NCBI RefSeq assembly: GCF_026571515.1
Contig: NW_026864070.1
Coordinates: 62,001 to 126,000 of the forward strand
Origin: Ruditapes philippinarum
Lineage: Eukaryota
DNA: 64,000 bases
Direction: 5' to 3'
Part shown: one piece after another, positions 23,281-35,285 of the stretch
Position numbering within the stretch: the stretch's first letter is position 1
Layout: the number at the start of each line of letters is the position of its first letter
Program-made: the position numbers and the translations under genes
Notes under the pieces: generated by a model
Seen by the model: only the letters and a program-made list of their open reading frames with translations
Databases searched by the model: none
Told to the model about the DNA's origin: nothing

Positions 23281-26200
23281 ATGTCTTTTAGACGATTTTC
23301 CTGTTTTCTATACATGCTTTGTCCGTTCATCGTGCAAGCTGTTACCAAAGATATCACGTGTCCTGCCTCATGTGAATGTGAAACTATCTTTGGCGCAAAG
23401 GAAGTAGATTGTTATAACCTCACTGATTTTCCATCAAATATTCCTGAGGACACCAATTACCTAGATTTAAGTGGGTGTAATATATTCCACATTCCTATTC
23501 AGCCACTGGAAAAGCTCTTCAAATTACAAAGGTTCGCCTTTCAGGAAATAAATACAAATGAGGATAATTACAATCTAAGGGCCCTGAACTTACCACTCCT
23601 GAATGAAATAGTCGTCGATGGCGGCGTTTCAACTTCTATCCCACAACTGTTACCACCTTATATTAGTACGCTTAGCGTAGCAGAAAACAATCTAGGCACT
23701 CTAAAGTCTGGTAGCTTTAGAAACTATCCAAACTTAGATTCGTTATTTTTGTCGGACTGTATGTTAACGAAATTAGAATCTGGTGTGTTGGATGATATTC
23801 CATCTCTTTCATTACTTCAGTTTAATGACAACAATCTAAACGAAGATAGTTTTCCTTTGGACGTATTCAAGAAAAACCAAGCACTTGAGTCTGTTTCATT
23901 TTTTGATAATGAATTGAAACACGTAGTGTCCAATCTTCCAAGTTCTGTTACAAGTGTCGATTACAGCGGCAATGCCATTTTTGAGCTTAGAGCTTATGAC
24001 TTTAAATCTACACCGAAACTGATATACTTATCTTCAACAAAATATGGTATGAAAATTACTGTTATGNNNNNNNNNNNNNNNNNNNNNNNNNNNNNNNNNN
24101 NNNNNNNNNNNNNNNNNNNNNNNNNNNNNNNNNNNNNNNNNNNNNNNNNNNNNNNNNNNNNNNNNNNNNNNNNNNNNNNNNNNNNNNNNNNNNNNNNNNN
24201 NNNNNNNNNNNNNNNNNNNNNNNNNNNNNGCAAAACAAACCAACAAACACAGAAACCATAAATTAAAATATCGTTATCTGTTTTTTCTTCTAACTGAATT
24301 GAGGTTTTGAAAATTATTAAATTATAAAATGTCACGGTTAGTCATTTGATTACTAGTTTTTACAAGAACGATATTTTACAAAGGAGTAGAAACTAAACGA
24401 AAACGCAAACGACTATGGAGTTATTACAATTATTAGAATTTCCCTTGCTCATACCAAGGTCTCCACAAACAACAGTCTACAAATGTTATGTTTATACCAG
24501 AGCTGAATATATTACAACGTTTATTTCAGATCACAAATGTTGAAGACTTTGCGTTTGATGGGTTAGACAAACAAATCTCGTTGGATATGAGTTACAATAA
24601 CATCAATAAATTAAGCAGAAACACATTAGCTGGGTTAACAGGAGCGTATTCACTACATATGAGTAGTAATAACATAAGTGTTGTGGATAAAGATGCATTT
24701 ACACAACTCGTCTCTTTACATGATCTCAAACTAGACCAAAACAAGGTAAATATTAAAAAGAATCCTCTTGATTAAACTAATCTTATTTTATTGCTTCAAA
24801 TACACGTAATAACCTATATAAAAATTACAACAACATGTAATATATTGGTTAGGTTACAAGTTCTTCTAACACTAGATAAAGCCCTTCGTATGTCATTACC
24901 CAAGAAGAAAATTGTGTCTGCACACAAATAAACAAACAAATCGGAAAGAAGGGAGATCCCTCGAGAGCAATGAAAAGAAGCAGTTGTCCCTTGTCCCTTT
25001 AATTCCCTTATGGGCCCCTTTAAGTTTTTATCATTTCACTTATTTCATGCCCCTCCCCTTCTTTCGCCACCCTTGATTCATCTACCGATTTGTTTCTGTG
25101 CCTTCTGGATGCCCTGATGTTGCAGCAAGGTGTTGGGGGGCTGCGTCCTGTGAAGGTTGCCTTTGCCTTGTTGATCTTTGTTCTCGTTTGTTTTCTCAAT
25201 TAATTACATGTGATGGAATGTGTAAGTTTTCTCACGTCCCTTAAGAACGGCTCAGTGTTGTTATATTTTTCTGGTACTTAGGTATCATTGATGCCAGCAC
25301 TTTTAAGTGTTGAGAATTGAGTACCGCTCAAGCCAGTGCTAGGGCACGTGAGGGATGTTGCATTCATTCATTATCCCCCATGTACAGCTTTAGTCAAACA
25401 AAGTCTGCAAATTTCATGTAATTCTGTTGTAATTAAGTCTTCCGAGGGATAACTTTGTTTCCAGATTTTTAAGCATAAATCAACCTTCAACACCATTATG
25501 TTTTTGCATCTGTTAGTGAACGCGTAGGTATAGACAAAAAACAATTTACTAAACTGAAGTAAAGTAAGATCATTTCTTAAACCTGCTTTACAGCACTTGA
25601 CACCTGCTGACTCCATGATATAACGTGATTGAATTGAAACAGACAGTAACATTTTATATTGTTGTTAAATGTCAAAAGTTAGCAGCACTTTGTTAAGACT
25701 CTGTTATACAAGATAATAACGAACAACATTTCATAATTCTATTTTTTGTCATGTTATTAACAGAGTACCTTTATTGTATCCACTATCCACATAAAAAGTA
25801 AGTAAAAATCATATTGATGCATACATATGTGTACTTCCATTATTAATATTTGAGTTAATACAATACTTTTATTCTAAAAGTAGTTTCTAAGTGAAAATAA
25901 GTATTGATACAAAAACAAATCATATAGACCATACTATAATACCTGTTTCTAAACTCACGCATGTTCATTAATATTCTTAAATAAATTTGTTATAAACTAA
26001 TTGTCTTCCGCATTTAAGCCAGAAGCAAAACAATCATATTTACATAATATTTTCAGATTGTACATTTGGAGGACTTTACCTTTCAAAGCATGGTCGATTT
26101 ACAAAACCTGGACATGAGTCACAACAATTTGTCTGCAGTTACTAATAATACGTTTGTCGGGTTAACTTCACTTTTATGGTTGAATTTGTCATATAACTGG

Positions 26201-26497
26201 ATAACAACCATTGCCCAAGATGCATTCAAATCATTACAATCAAGCGACATTGACCTCAGTTTTAATAGGTTACAAAGTCTTCAGGTTGAGGTTTTCTCTC
26301 ATCTTACAAGCACAGCTAATGTAAGACTAGCTGGCAACTTGTGGAATTGTGATTGTCACCTAAGGTGGTTGAGAGAAGCACTGGACAATGCCACTTATAC
26401 CATTGAGCTTCCGTACACTCTCAAATGTGCAACACCAGTCAAGCTCGCAGGAAAGTCTTTCATTGATCTTAAACCAAGCGATTTTGTGTGTATGTAG
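23281..26497 (+). CDS. Secreted LRR-only protein, copy C (exons 23281-24046, 24530-24745, 26057-26497; 474 aa if a 2-nt deletion near 24030 is an error, otherwise a pseudogene)
   Basis: All splice sites are canonical, and exons 2 and 3 are intact. ATACTTATCTTC here versus ATACTTGTATCTTC in B' and C' gives a -2 frameshift about 35 bp from an N gap. Confidence 0.7.
24067..24229. other. Assembly gap (N run) in intron of copy C
   Basis: N run. The corresponding stretch in C' (~51095-51153) is short and TA-rich. Confidence 0.9.
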
Positions 26498-27384
26498 GAC
26501 GAAATTCATTATTCTGAGTACAAATAGATATTTTATATGTCAAATTTGAACAGACTTTTATATGTAAAATGCATAATCAGATAAAATATATACTAGACAC
26601 GCGGATAAGAAAACATTGTTCAAAATTTTATGTGCCATTTATTATATAACGCTTTCCAGTCTGAGAAAAAAGGGACAATCAGCATTGCGCAAAAATATTC
26701 CCTATTCCCGAACCATATTGTGTATGTTTACTGTGTAATATTTTACATGTTTGAAAAATTGTAAATAGTTATACAGGCAAAACAACATTGAAAATATAAG
26801 AATGTCATTATTACAACCGAATACACCGCTTTACGATACGATTACAATAGTAGTTAAAATACTGAATAAATGAAATTCGAAATTTTGATAGATTGTTTGA
26901 TTATCAATACTTTGTTCGAAATAAGTAAGCGGCATGTGGTTTTGTAAAGGAACATGATTTTATTTTTCGAATAATTCTATATAAAAAAAAATTGAATTCA
27001 AATATAACATTGGCATCAGCATAATGATACTGACTCGAATTCGGATGGACGGTCTTTTGGTAAAACATTGTGAACACTATCACGAAATCATACAATTAAC
27101 ACATGTTCGACCGACTTAAACAGCATAATTAACATAAAGTCTGTCATTGTTTAAAAAGGTCTTTTTTCCCAAAAACAAAGTGAATAAAATATGTGTAGTA
27201 ATCACCAACTTCAACTGCATTGAATCAAGACAAAATCAAGCTCACAATTGGCTAATAAATAGTAAATTTAATACTATTATGACCACTGGCAAGGAAACAT
27301 ATTCATAAACTAACAAATGAAAACGCATTACTTGTGTATGATTAACATATATATTATATTTACAGGTATGATTTCTTTTCTTAT

Positions 27385-27508
27385 CAATCACAGTTTGAAG
27401 AGGCCCAGCACTTGGGCCTTTGTAATCATCTTGTAGATATTCAGTTGGTATTAATGACTTGTCAATATCTTTATTAATACTAACCATTGTGTTACCATGG
27501 ATCTTCAG
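27385..27508 (-). pseudogene. Orphan exon of a second CRAL-TRIO paralogue (minus strand)
   Basis: KIHGNTMVSINKDIDKSLIPTEYLQDDYKGPSAGPLQTVI-G. It is 124 nt, the same length as and homologous to 12736-12859. The donor is mutated (G|ATAAG) and the acceptor is deleted relative to the 54781 copy. Confidence 0.75.
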
Positions 27509-29544
27509 AATTTATATCAGAAAATATTAGATTTTTTTAATAATGTTGAAGGCACTAAACCAAATATAATCTTTAATGGAAATAAAGATCTGACTGACAT
27601 AACAATTGAAGCGTGAGAGAAACATACTAGTATCCTTTTCGGCATTCCTTGTATCATCCCAGAAAAGGATCTCATCCAAAGGGATTCGAGTATTGTTCTG
27701 GTCGGCGCTATATGGTGTGAGTTTGCCTCTCGTAAACAGACTGTGTAAAACCCAGTCTGCAATTTCAGACCTAGTATTTGTTTATGCTTTCATTACTATC
27801 GTGGGATCTACTCTTTTCTTAATTTTAATCACTTTTAACCTAAACTATTTCATTAAACAAAAGGCCAAAGTTATACATGTACGTTTTCCCTAACCTAGTG
27901 CAATAAACGTTTTTGTCATAATCTAAATCGTTTCGGCATAGTTGACGTCGTTTCTGACACCAAATGTATTAATCAATTTTCTAAATCAACTCATGTATAA
28001 TGCCGTTTATCATACAAATGCTATGTTGCAGATGTAAAAAGTTGCCCCGTATATCATCACTTCAGTATAGTTTTGTTTTGTTCTTGTCCTTTCTGATTAT
28101 TGACTTTAATACTTTACTGTGTTGCAGTTTTAATGACGTTAATGCCGGTGCCCCGGAACGTAAGTCATGCTACACTTTACTTTATGTCATGAACAAAGTC
28201 AAACAAATAAAGAAAAACGAAATCCCTAAAGAACGCTAAAAAATATCAAATTAAAAATGATGCATGCTCAGTTTGATTGAACTTGTCCATGGACAGTACT
28301 GGAAAGTGCTAGTTAACGTCCACCCCTACCAGCATCGGCTTAAGCAGAATTCAAAATTTAAACTCGAATATATTAAAATTTTGAATTTAAACATCTGCAA
28401 ATGTGTCCGTACGGCGGCAATCATGAAACCTTCGACATAATACTTTTGTGTCATTCCACGATTCATAATATATGTTTGCTTTCAGCTGATTGTAATGAAT
28501 GTCGTTTCTTATCAAACTTACCTTTCATTTTGATCATAAAATAGAGATAATATGAATCTCTAAAGAAAGTCCGAAATGTCAAAATTGAACATATTGCAGG
28601 CTTGGTTTGATTGAGCCTAGCCTGTTTATGTACGGGACTGACAAGTGCAAACTAACGTCCACGCCCCCTAGCACCGGCTTAAGCGAATTCAACATTTAAA
28701 CATGAAATAGTAAAATGTTGAATTTAGAAACATTCGCCGATGTGTTCATACGGCGGTTATCAAGAAACATTCATTGTGGCACTTCCGTGTTATTCCATGC
28801 AAAGCGGTGTATGATTTTGTAGTACACATTTTGTTTTCCTCTATTTCATTTGTAGTACACTTGATATTCAAATAGCCGATCAAATGTATCCACATTTTTG
28901 TGCATTTATTTAGATAAAATCTTTCTATTTCAAAAAGCCTATTGATGATTTGTTTCTTACTGTCATTATACTTGTAGTATTTTCACTTTAACAATTCTTA
29001 ACTACGCCGCCTTTCCTTGTTAATCTTGTTCATCATATTATTTTCATTTAAAGGAATTAAACAAAACACCTAAATTGTAAACAATTTTGCATCAGATGGT
29101 TTTAAAAATCTCATGAAATCTAGACTACAATTTACTTTTGTTTTAATTATACTGTGTTTTATTTTAAAAGTACTTCAAAATCTCTGATCCCCTTTCAAAA
29201 TTCTATTTCATTTAGTTACGCCCATTTGCTTCATTTAGTTTCGCCCATTTGCTTCTTGTTTAGGGCACACTCATTATTTCACGTGGGAAACATATGCCGC
29301 TTTTCAAGGAATGGCTCTAACTTATGACATTGAACGTTCCATGATAACCGCCATATGAACACTTACAGGTCATTGTTAAATTTTCATTACACACATATGT
29401 GAAATGACGTGTATTTTGACTAAATTCTTCAAACATAGTAATAGTTTACAACAGCAACCACATTTTTTAAGTATCTACAGATGCCATTCAAAATATAAAA
29501 TAAACCATTCAATAATTAATTATGAGAGACTATGTCAAGATATG

Positions 29545-30132
29545 TCAGACTGCACGGATGTGTATGCTAATCTGGTCAGACTGCACGGATGTGTATGCTA
29601 ATCTGGTCAGACAGCACGGATGTGTATGCTTATCTGGTCAGACTGCACGGATGTGTATGCTAATCTGGTCAGACTGCACGGATGTGTTTGCTAATCTGGT
29701 CAGACTGCACGGATGTGTATGCTAATCTGGTCAGACTGCACGGATGTGTATGCTAATCTGGTCAGACTGCACGGATGTGTATGCTAATCTGGTCAGACTG
29801 CACGGATGTGTATGCTAATCTGGTCAGACTGAACGGATGTGTATGCTAATCTGGTCAGACTACACGGATGTGTATGCTAATCTGGTCAGACAGCACGGAT
29901 GTGTATGCTTCTCTGGTCAGACTGCACGGATGTGTATGCTAATCTGGTCAGACTGCACGGATGTGTATGCTAATCTGGTCAGACAGCACGGATGTGTATC
30001 CTTTTCTTGTTAGACTGCACGGATGTGTATGCTAATCTGGCCAGACTGTACGGATGTGTATGCTAATCTGGTCAGACTGCACGGAAGTGTATGCTAATCT
30101 GGTCAGACTGCACGTATGTGTATGCTTTTCTG
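29545..30132 (+). repeat. 31-bp minisatellite, ~19 copies (TCAGACTGCACGGATGTGTATGCTAATCTGG)
   Basis: Direct tandem repeats with period 31 (29545, 29576, …) and no spacers. A single monomer lies at ~3148-3180 in unit 1. Confidence 0.95.
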
Positions 30133-31433
30133 AATCAGGCTTATCACTTTCGGCTCCAACATGGTACAGGTCAATTAATGTCCTATAAAGTGTAACGATA
30201 TCGTCTACTGAAACAAATTGTTATTCACCAGTAGTTTGATAAGGTATCGAATGACAGTGTACATATTTCTATGGAATTTGTGTTTCATTCTTGAAGCACA
30301 ACAGGTTTAAAAATATGATCATGCTTGTGTCAAATAGGATTAGGATTTAGTTGCCACGTACTTCAGTGTTGTTATATTTGTCTGGTCCTTCGGGATCATT
30401 GATGCCAGCACTATTAAGTGTTGAGAATTGAGTACCGCTTAAGCCGGTTCTAGGGGGCGTGAGGGATGTTCCACTTATTCATTATTCTTCATGTACAGAC
30501 TCAATCAAACCGAGTCTGCAATTTTCATGTAATTTTGTTGTGATTAATGCTTCCGAGGGATCACTTTGTTTCCAGATTTTTGTAACTGTTCGCATGAAAT
30601 AGAAATATGTTTATGATACACAACAATACAACAAGGAAATTATGAAATAAATTGCACTAGTTTGGAAGGCACAGAGCCACTTATCACCCAGTGGATACAA
30701 AAACAGTGATTTATGATTAGTGTGTATCTATCAAAACAGTACAAACTTTCATTCAGCTTTTATTTAAGATAACAATATGTACAAAAGCAATTTTTTCTTT
30801 TTTATTTATTTTTTTATCTTTCTTTTATCTCTCCTTTTCACATTTTTCTTGCATTCTTGGCCAGTAATTCAGAACAGGACAGGTAATTTATTTCCCACTC
30901 CAAAGTGTGATAATCATTTTTCCAATAAAGATACAGTTTTTAGATTTAAAATGAAAAACAACTAGAAAACAGTGCAGTGTTTGACTTAAAATCAAGTTAA
31001 CCATATTTTGTTTTGAATATAAGTTTATATCAGCGTAAGATTATTTTGATGATATGCATTCCTAGATCCACTGGTATTAGGTTTCGGGTTTTTCTATTGA
31101 CATATGTATACCTTGTTTAGTTACATATATGAAAAACACGGCGTGTTTACTCCTATTTCTATTAGGAGTTACGTTGGAATTTTTCAACGTTACGTTCATT
31201 CTTTGGTGATCAAATAAAATATTTTCATTCCGCAAGTTTTAAACACGGATATAAAGTTGTTGCTTTGTTCTGTTTATATGATAATTTAACCATCAACGTT
31301 TACTTCATCTCATACCACATTGCAAGTATTCTTTATAACTATTTCGTAGTGTTTTCTCTTTCATTATTATAGCATATATTATTTACTATAGACTGTGAAA
31401 AGCAATGATCATTAGATATTTTTAAGGTACCAA

Positions 31434-33250
31434 GACTTGGATAAATTCAAAATTAAGAACTTTCAAGCTTCAACTGTCAGTACATACGATTTTTCTACAC
31501 TTTATACAACTTTTGCCACATAAATTAATCAATGATAAACTAATTTCCCTAATTCAGAAAACTTTTGCACGGGAAAAGGTTACCTTTCTAGCATGTAATT
31601 CTAACAAAGCTTTTTTACTAACGGTATTGTTAAACATTATACTATGTGGACCTGTGACGAAGTTTGTAGAGCACTCTCTTTTCTTTTAGACAACATTTAT
31701 GTCAGTTTTGGTAATGCCCTATTTAAAAAGATCATAGGAATTCCAATGGGAGCTAATTGTGCACCCCTGGTCGCAGATTTGTTTTTGTACTGCTATGAAA
31801 GAGACTTTATGTTAAGTCTCTCTGAAGATAAACAACAAGATGTTATAGTCGCATTTAATAATACTTCCAGATACATTGATGATATTTTTAATTTGGATAA
31901 TTCTTATTTTGATCAAATGGTGTCTGACATTTATCCGCATGAACTACAACTTAATAAAACGAACTCTTGAAACTTTAGTACATCATTTTTGGATCTTCAT
32001 ATTACTATCAACAACAATTCTATTCTCACGAAAATCTATGATAAAAGAGATGACTTAGATGGAGACGTACCCCATGCAACATGTTACGGGGTATATGTTT
32101 CTCAGTTGATTAGATTCGCTAGAGCTTGTAGCAATGTAAAGGATTTCAACGAGCGGAATATTTTTATTACCAGCAAGCTTCTAAAACAGTGCTACTGCTT
32201 CATAAATTACGGAAATATTTTACTAAATTTTACAATTGAAATTTTGATTTAATTACAAAATTAAACAGTGATTTAAAAACTCTTTTGCGACAAGGGATAA
32301 GCCAGCCTAGTTTTTATGGCGATGTGATTTACAAACTTCGTAAGATTTTGGGTGATGGTAATTTTTCTGCTGTTTTTACTAAAATCATTAAACGTGTTAT
32401 AAATAGACAATATTTTAAGACATACTGCATGCTTAGTGTTCAACCCTTCTACAGTTGGACACCACGCTTTTCTCTTTTGATTACATCTGACGGACCAAGT
32501 GGGAGACTCTATGATGGACAGTTATTAAAGCCCTTTGGGACTGAACTGTCTTCTGCCTTGCTCCGTCGGGCCCTTGTAGGTGATTTTCTTGTTGTGCTGT
32601 CTTCCTTAAGGACATTAAGTACTTTTGTTATGGTCTTTGGGTTTACTTTTATATGTTTCTACATGATCATTTTGGTGTTTTACTTATTTAACCTTTTGTA
32701 ACCATAACAACTGTTAGAATTTCACACGGCGGGGATTCATTTTAATTACACTGTCTCGTTTATAGGAACATGGTTGGCTAAGAGCGAGGTTTGGTGCACC
32801 ATTAACCGGTTTAAACTCACCAGCATTCATTTTTATGCTGCTGACCTTTCCAGGGCGGCGCCCTCTGTGTGTCCCCAGATGTATGTCTATGTTGTTTCAT
32901 ACTGTTTTGGTGACACTTTTTCTGGTGTCCCTTGTTGTTTTCTCGTCTACGGTAAGTATCTTCCCATTTGCACATAGTTTTTATTTCTTTAATTACCACC
33001 ACCCCCGGTCTACTGTCCCTTCCCATGTGCCCTTTGACTTTGTGGCCCTGTTGTTCGATCCTTTATTTGTTTGATTTCCTTATCAGTTACAAATTATGTA
33101 TCATTTTAGTGATTTAACTGCCCTATCCTGTTTTTCGTTTGCGGTCCACCTGGGCTCCTTGCCACTGGCTCTTGTTGCTAGGTCGTGTGGGGGTTGCGTT
33201 CATTGAACGCCACCTTTCCTTGTTGATCTTTTTTATCATATTTTTTGCCA
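31434..33250 (+). mobile_element. Duplicate of the Naiad-type Penelope-like RT relic, upstream of copy A'
   Basis: Same motifs (GIPMGANCAPLVADLFLYCYE, SRYIDD, KIYDKRDD, SQLIRFARACS) and the same insertion point as 4502-6310. Confidence 0.85.
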
Positions 33251-33475
33251 CTTGCCACTCACCTGTGGGATCAAGTCTTGTCATGGACTTGGAATTCTTT
33301 TATATGATTAAGATATCCAGCTAGCTTATTGAAGATCGGTTGTTCTACTCAGATGTCCGTTTGTGTCTGAAGTAATGCACGAAGGAGCACATGAGGTCTT
33401 CCTTCAACAGTAAGGATGCAAAGGTGCCATATGACCTTTAAAATGTTGGTATGACATAAAACCCAACAACAATAG
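33251..33475 (+). mobile_element. tRNA-derived SINE, 5'-truncated, upstream of copy A'
   Basis: Duplicate of 6311-6540. Confidence 0.7.
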
Positions 33476-33532
33476 AAAAATAATTTTTCTACTCATTTTA
33501 TCAAAAATTCTATTTTTTTTCTTTTCAGAACT

Positions 33533-35285
33533 ATGTCTGTAAGACGATTTTCCTTTTTCCTATACATGTTTTGTCCGTTCATCATTCAAGTTGGAACCAA
33601 AAATGTCACGTGCCCTGCTTCATGTGAATGCGACACTTTCTTTGGTAAAAAAGAAGTAGGTTGTGCTAACCTCACTGATGTTCCGTCAAATATTCCCGAG
33701 GACACCAATTGGCTAGATTTAAGTGGGTGTAATATATCCTACATTCATATTCAGCCGCTGGAAAAGCTCTTCAAATTACAAATCTTCACCTTTCAGGAAA
33801 TAAATACAAATGATGAGAATTATAATCTTACAGCCTTGGACTTGCCACTTCTGAATGAAATAGTCGTCGAAGGCGGCGTTTCAACTTCTATCCCACAGCT
33901 GTTACCATCTTATATTGGTGAGCTTAGTGTAGCATATAACAATCTAGGCACTCTAAAGTCTAAAATCTGGTAGTTTTAAGAACTACCCAAACTTAGAAAC
34001 GTTATTATTGTGGGACTGTATGTTAATGAAATTAGAAGCTGATGTGTTTGATGATATTCCTTCTCTTTCAACACTTGAGTTTAATAGAAACAATCTAAAA
34101 GATGACAGTTTTCCGTTGGATGTATTCAAGAAAAACCAAGCACTAGACTCTGTTTCATTTTTTGCAAATGAATTGAAACACGTAGTGTCCAATCTTCCAA
34201 GTTCTGTTACAAGTGTCGATTACAGCGCTAATACCATATTTGAGCTTCGAGCTTACGACTTCAAATCTACGCCGAATCTGATATACCTGTATCTTCAACA
34301 GAATATGGTATGAAAATTACTTTTAATATTAAAATGTCATCGTTGTTAGTTATACATGTATATAAAACCAGGCAAATATAACTCTGAAACAATCGCAAAA
34401 CAAACAAACAAACGAAAACGCGAACAATCATAGATATTTTACAGATATCGTAATTTCCTAACTTCATACCAAACCATCCACAAACAACAGCCCATCAATG
34501 TTATATTTATACCAGAGTTGCATTTGATGGGTCAGACATACTAATCTCGTTGGATTTGAGTTACAATAGCAATAAAGTATAGCAGTAGTAGTGTAGTTGA
34601 TAACGGTGCATTTAGAAAACTGTTGTCTTGACATGATTTCAAACTAGATTAATAAACATCCGCAGATGTATTCATATGACGGTTATAATGAAATCATCAT
34701 TTTATTACATTTTGAGTATGGACCATTTAATTCTAGCAAAATTTAGATCAATTTTAGTTTTTATTGCACAGTGAAAATTTAAACAGGATCATTTGATCCA
34801 TCTTTTCTAAGTGAACACAGGGCCGTCTAAACTATGCATTTTCATATAAATTATTAAATAAATTATTTGTTCTTCCGCATTTCTGCATGAAGCAGAACAA
34901 TCACTGTTACATATTATTTTGAGATTAACCATTTGGAGGACTTTACGTTCGCAGGGTTAACTTCACCTTTAGAGCTGGATTTGTCATATAACTGGATAAC
35001 AGCTATTGCCAAAGATGCATTCAAACCATTAAGATTGACCTCAGTTTTAATAAGTTACAAAGTCTTCAGGCTGAGGTTTTCTCTCATCTTACAAGCAGTG
35101 CTAATGTAAATGTAGGTGGCAACTTGTGGAATTGTGATTGTCACCTAAGGTGGTTGAGAGAAGCACTGGACAATGCCTGGACCTATACCATTGAGCTTCC
35201 GTACACTCTCAAATGTGCAACACCAGTCAAGCTCGCAGGAAAGTCTTTCATTGATCTTAAACCAAGCGATTTTGTGTGTATGTAG
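33533..35285 (+). pseudogene. LRR copy A', pseudogene (exons 33533-34307 and 34924-35285; exon-2 relic ~34518-34650)
   Basis: 7-nt duplication TAAAGTC/TAAAATC at ~33960 (frameshift), 10-nt deletion at ~35030 (ACAATCAAGC), +3 nt at ~35178, and acceptor weakened to TTTTGAG. Shares the 72-nt LRR deletion of copy A. Confidence 0.85.

Larger units (their letters stand above)
371..27490 (+). repeat. Segmental tandem duplication, unit 1 (~27.1 kb; X-A-B-C)
   Basis: The anchor GTTACCAYGGATCTTC occurs at 371, 27491 and 54764. Colinear blocks follow in the same order: RT relic, LRR A, CRAL-TRIO exon, LRR B, LRR C. Confidence 0.9.

Noticed and set aside
21927-24335. ORFs containing X runs
   Set aside because: Artefacts of translating through N gaps.
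29545-30132. 31-bp repeats as a CRISPR array
   Set aside because: The repeats are head-to-tail with no unique spacers, there are no cas genes, and the context is eukaryotic.
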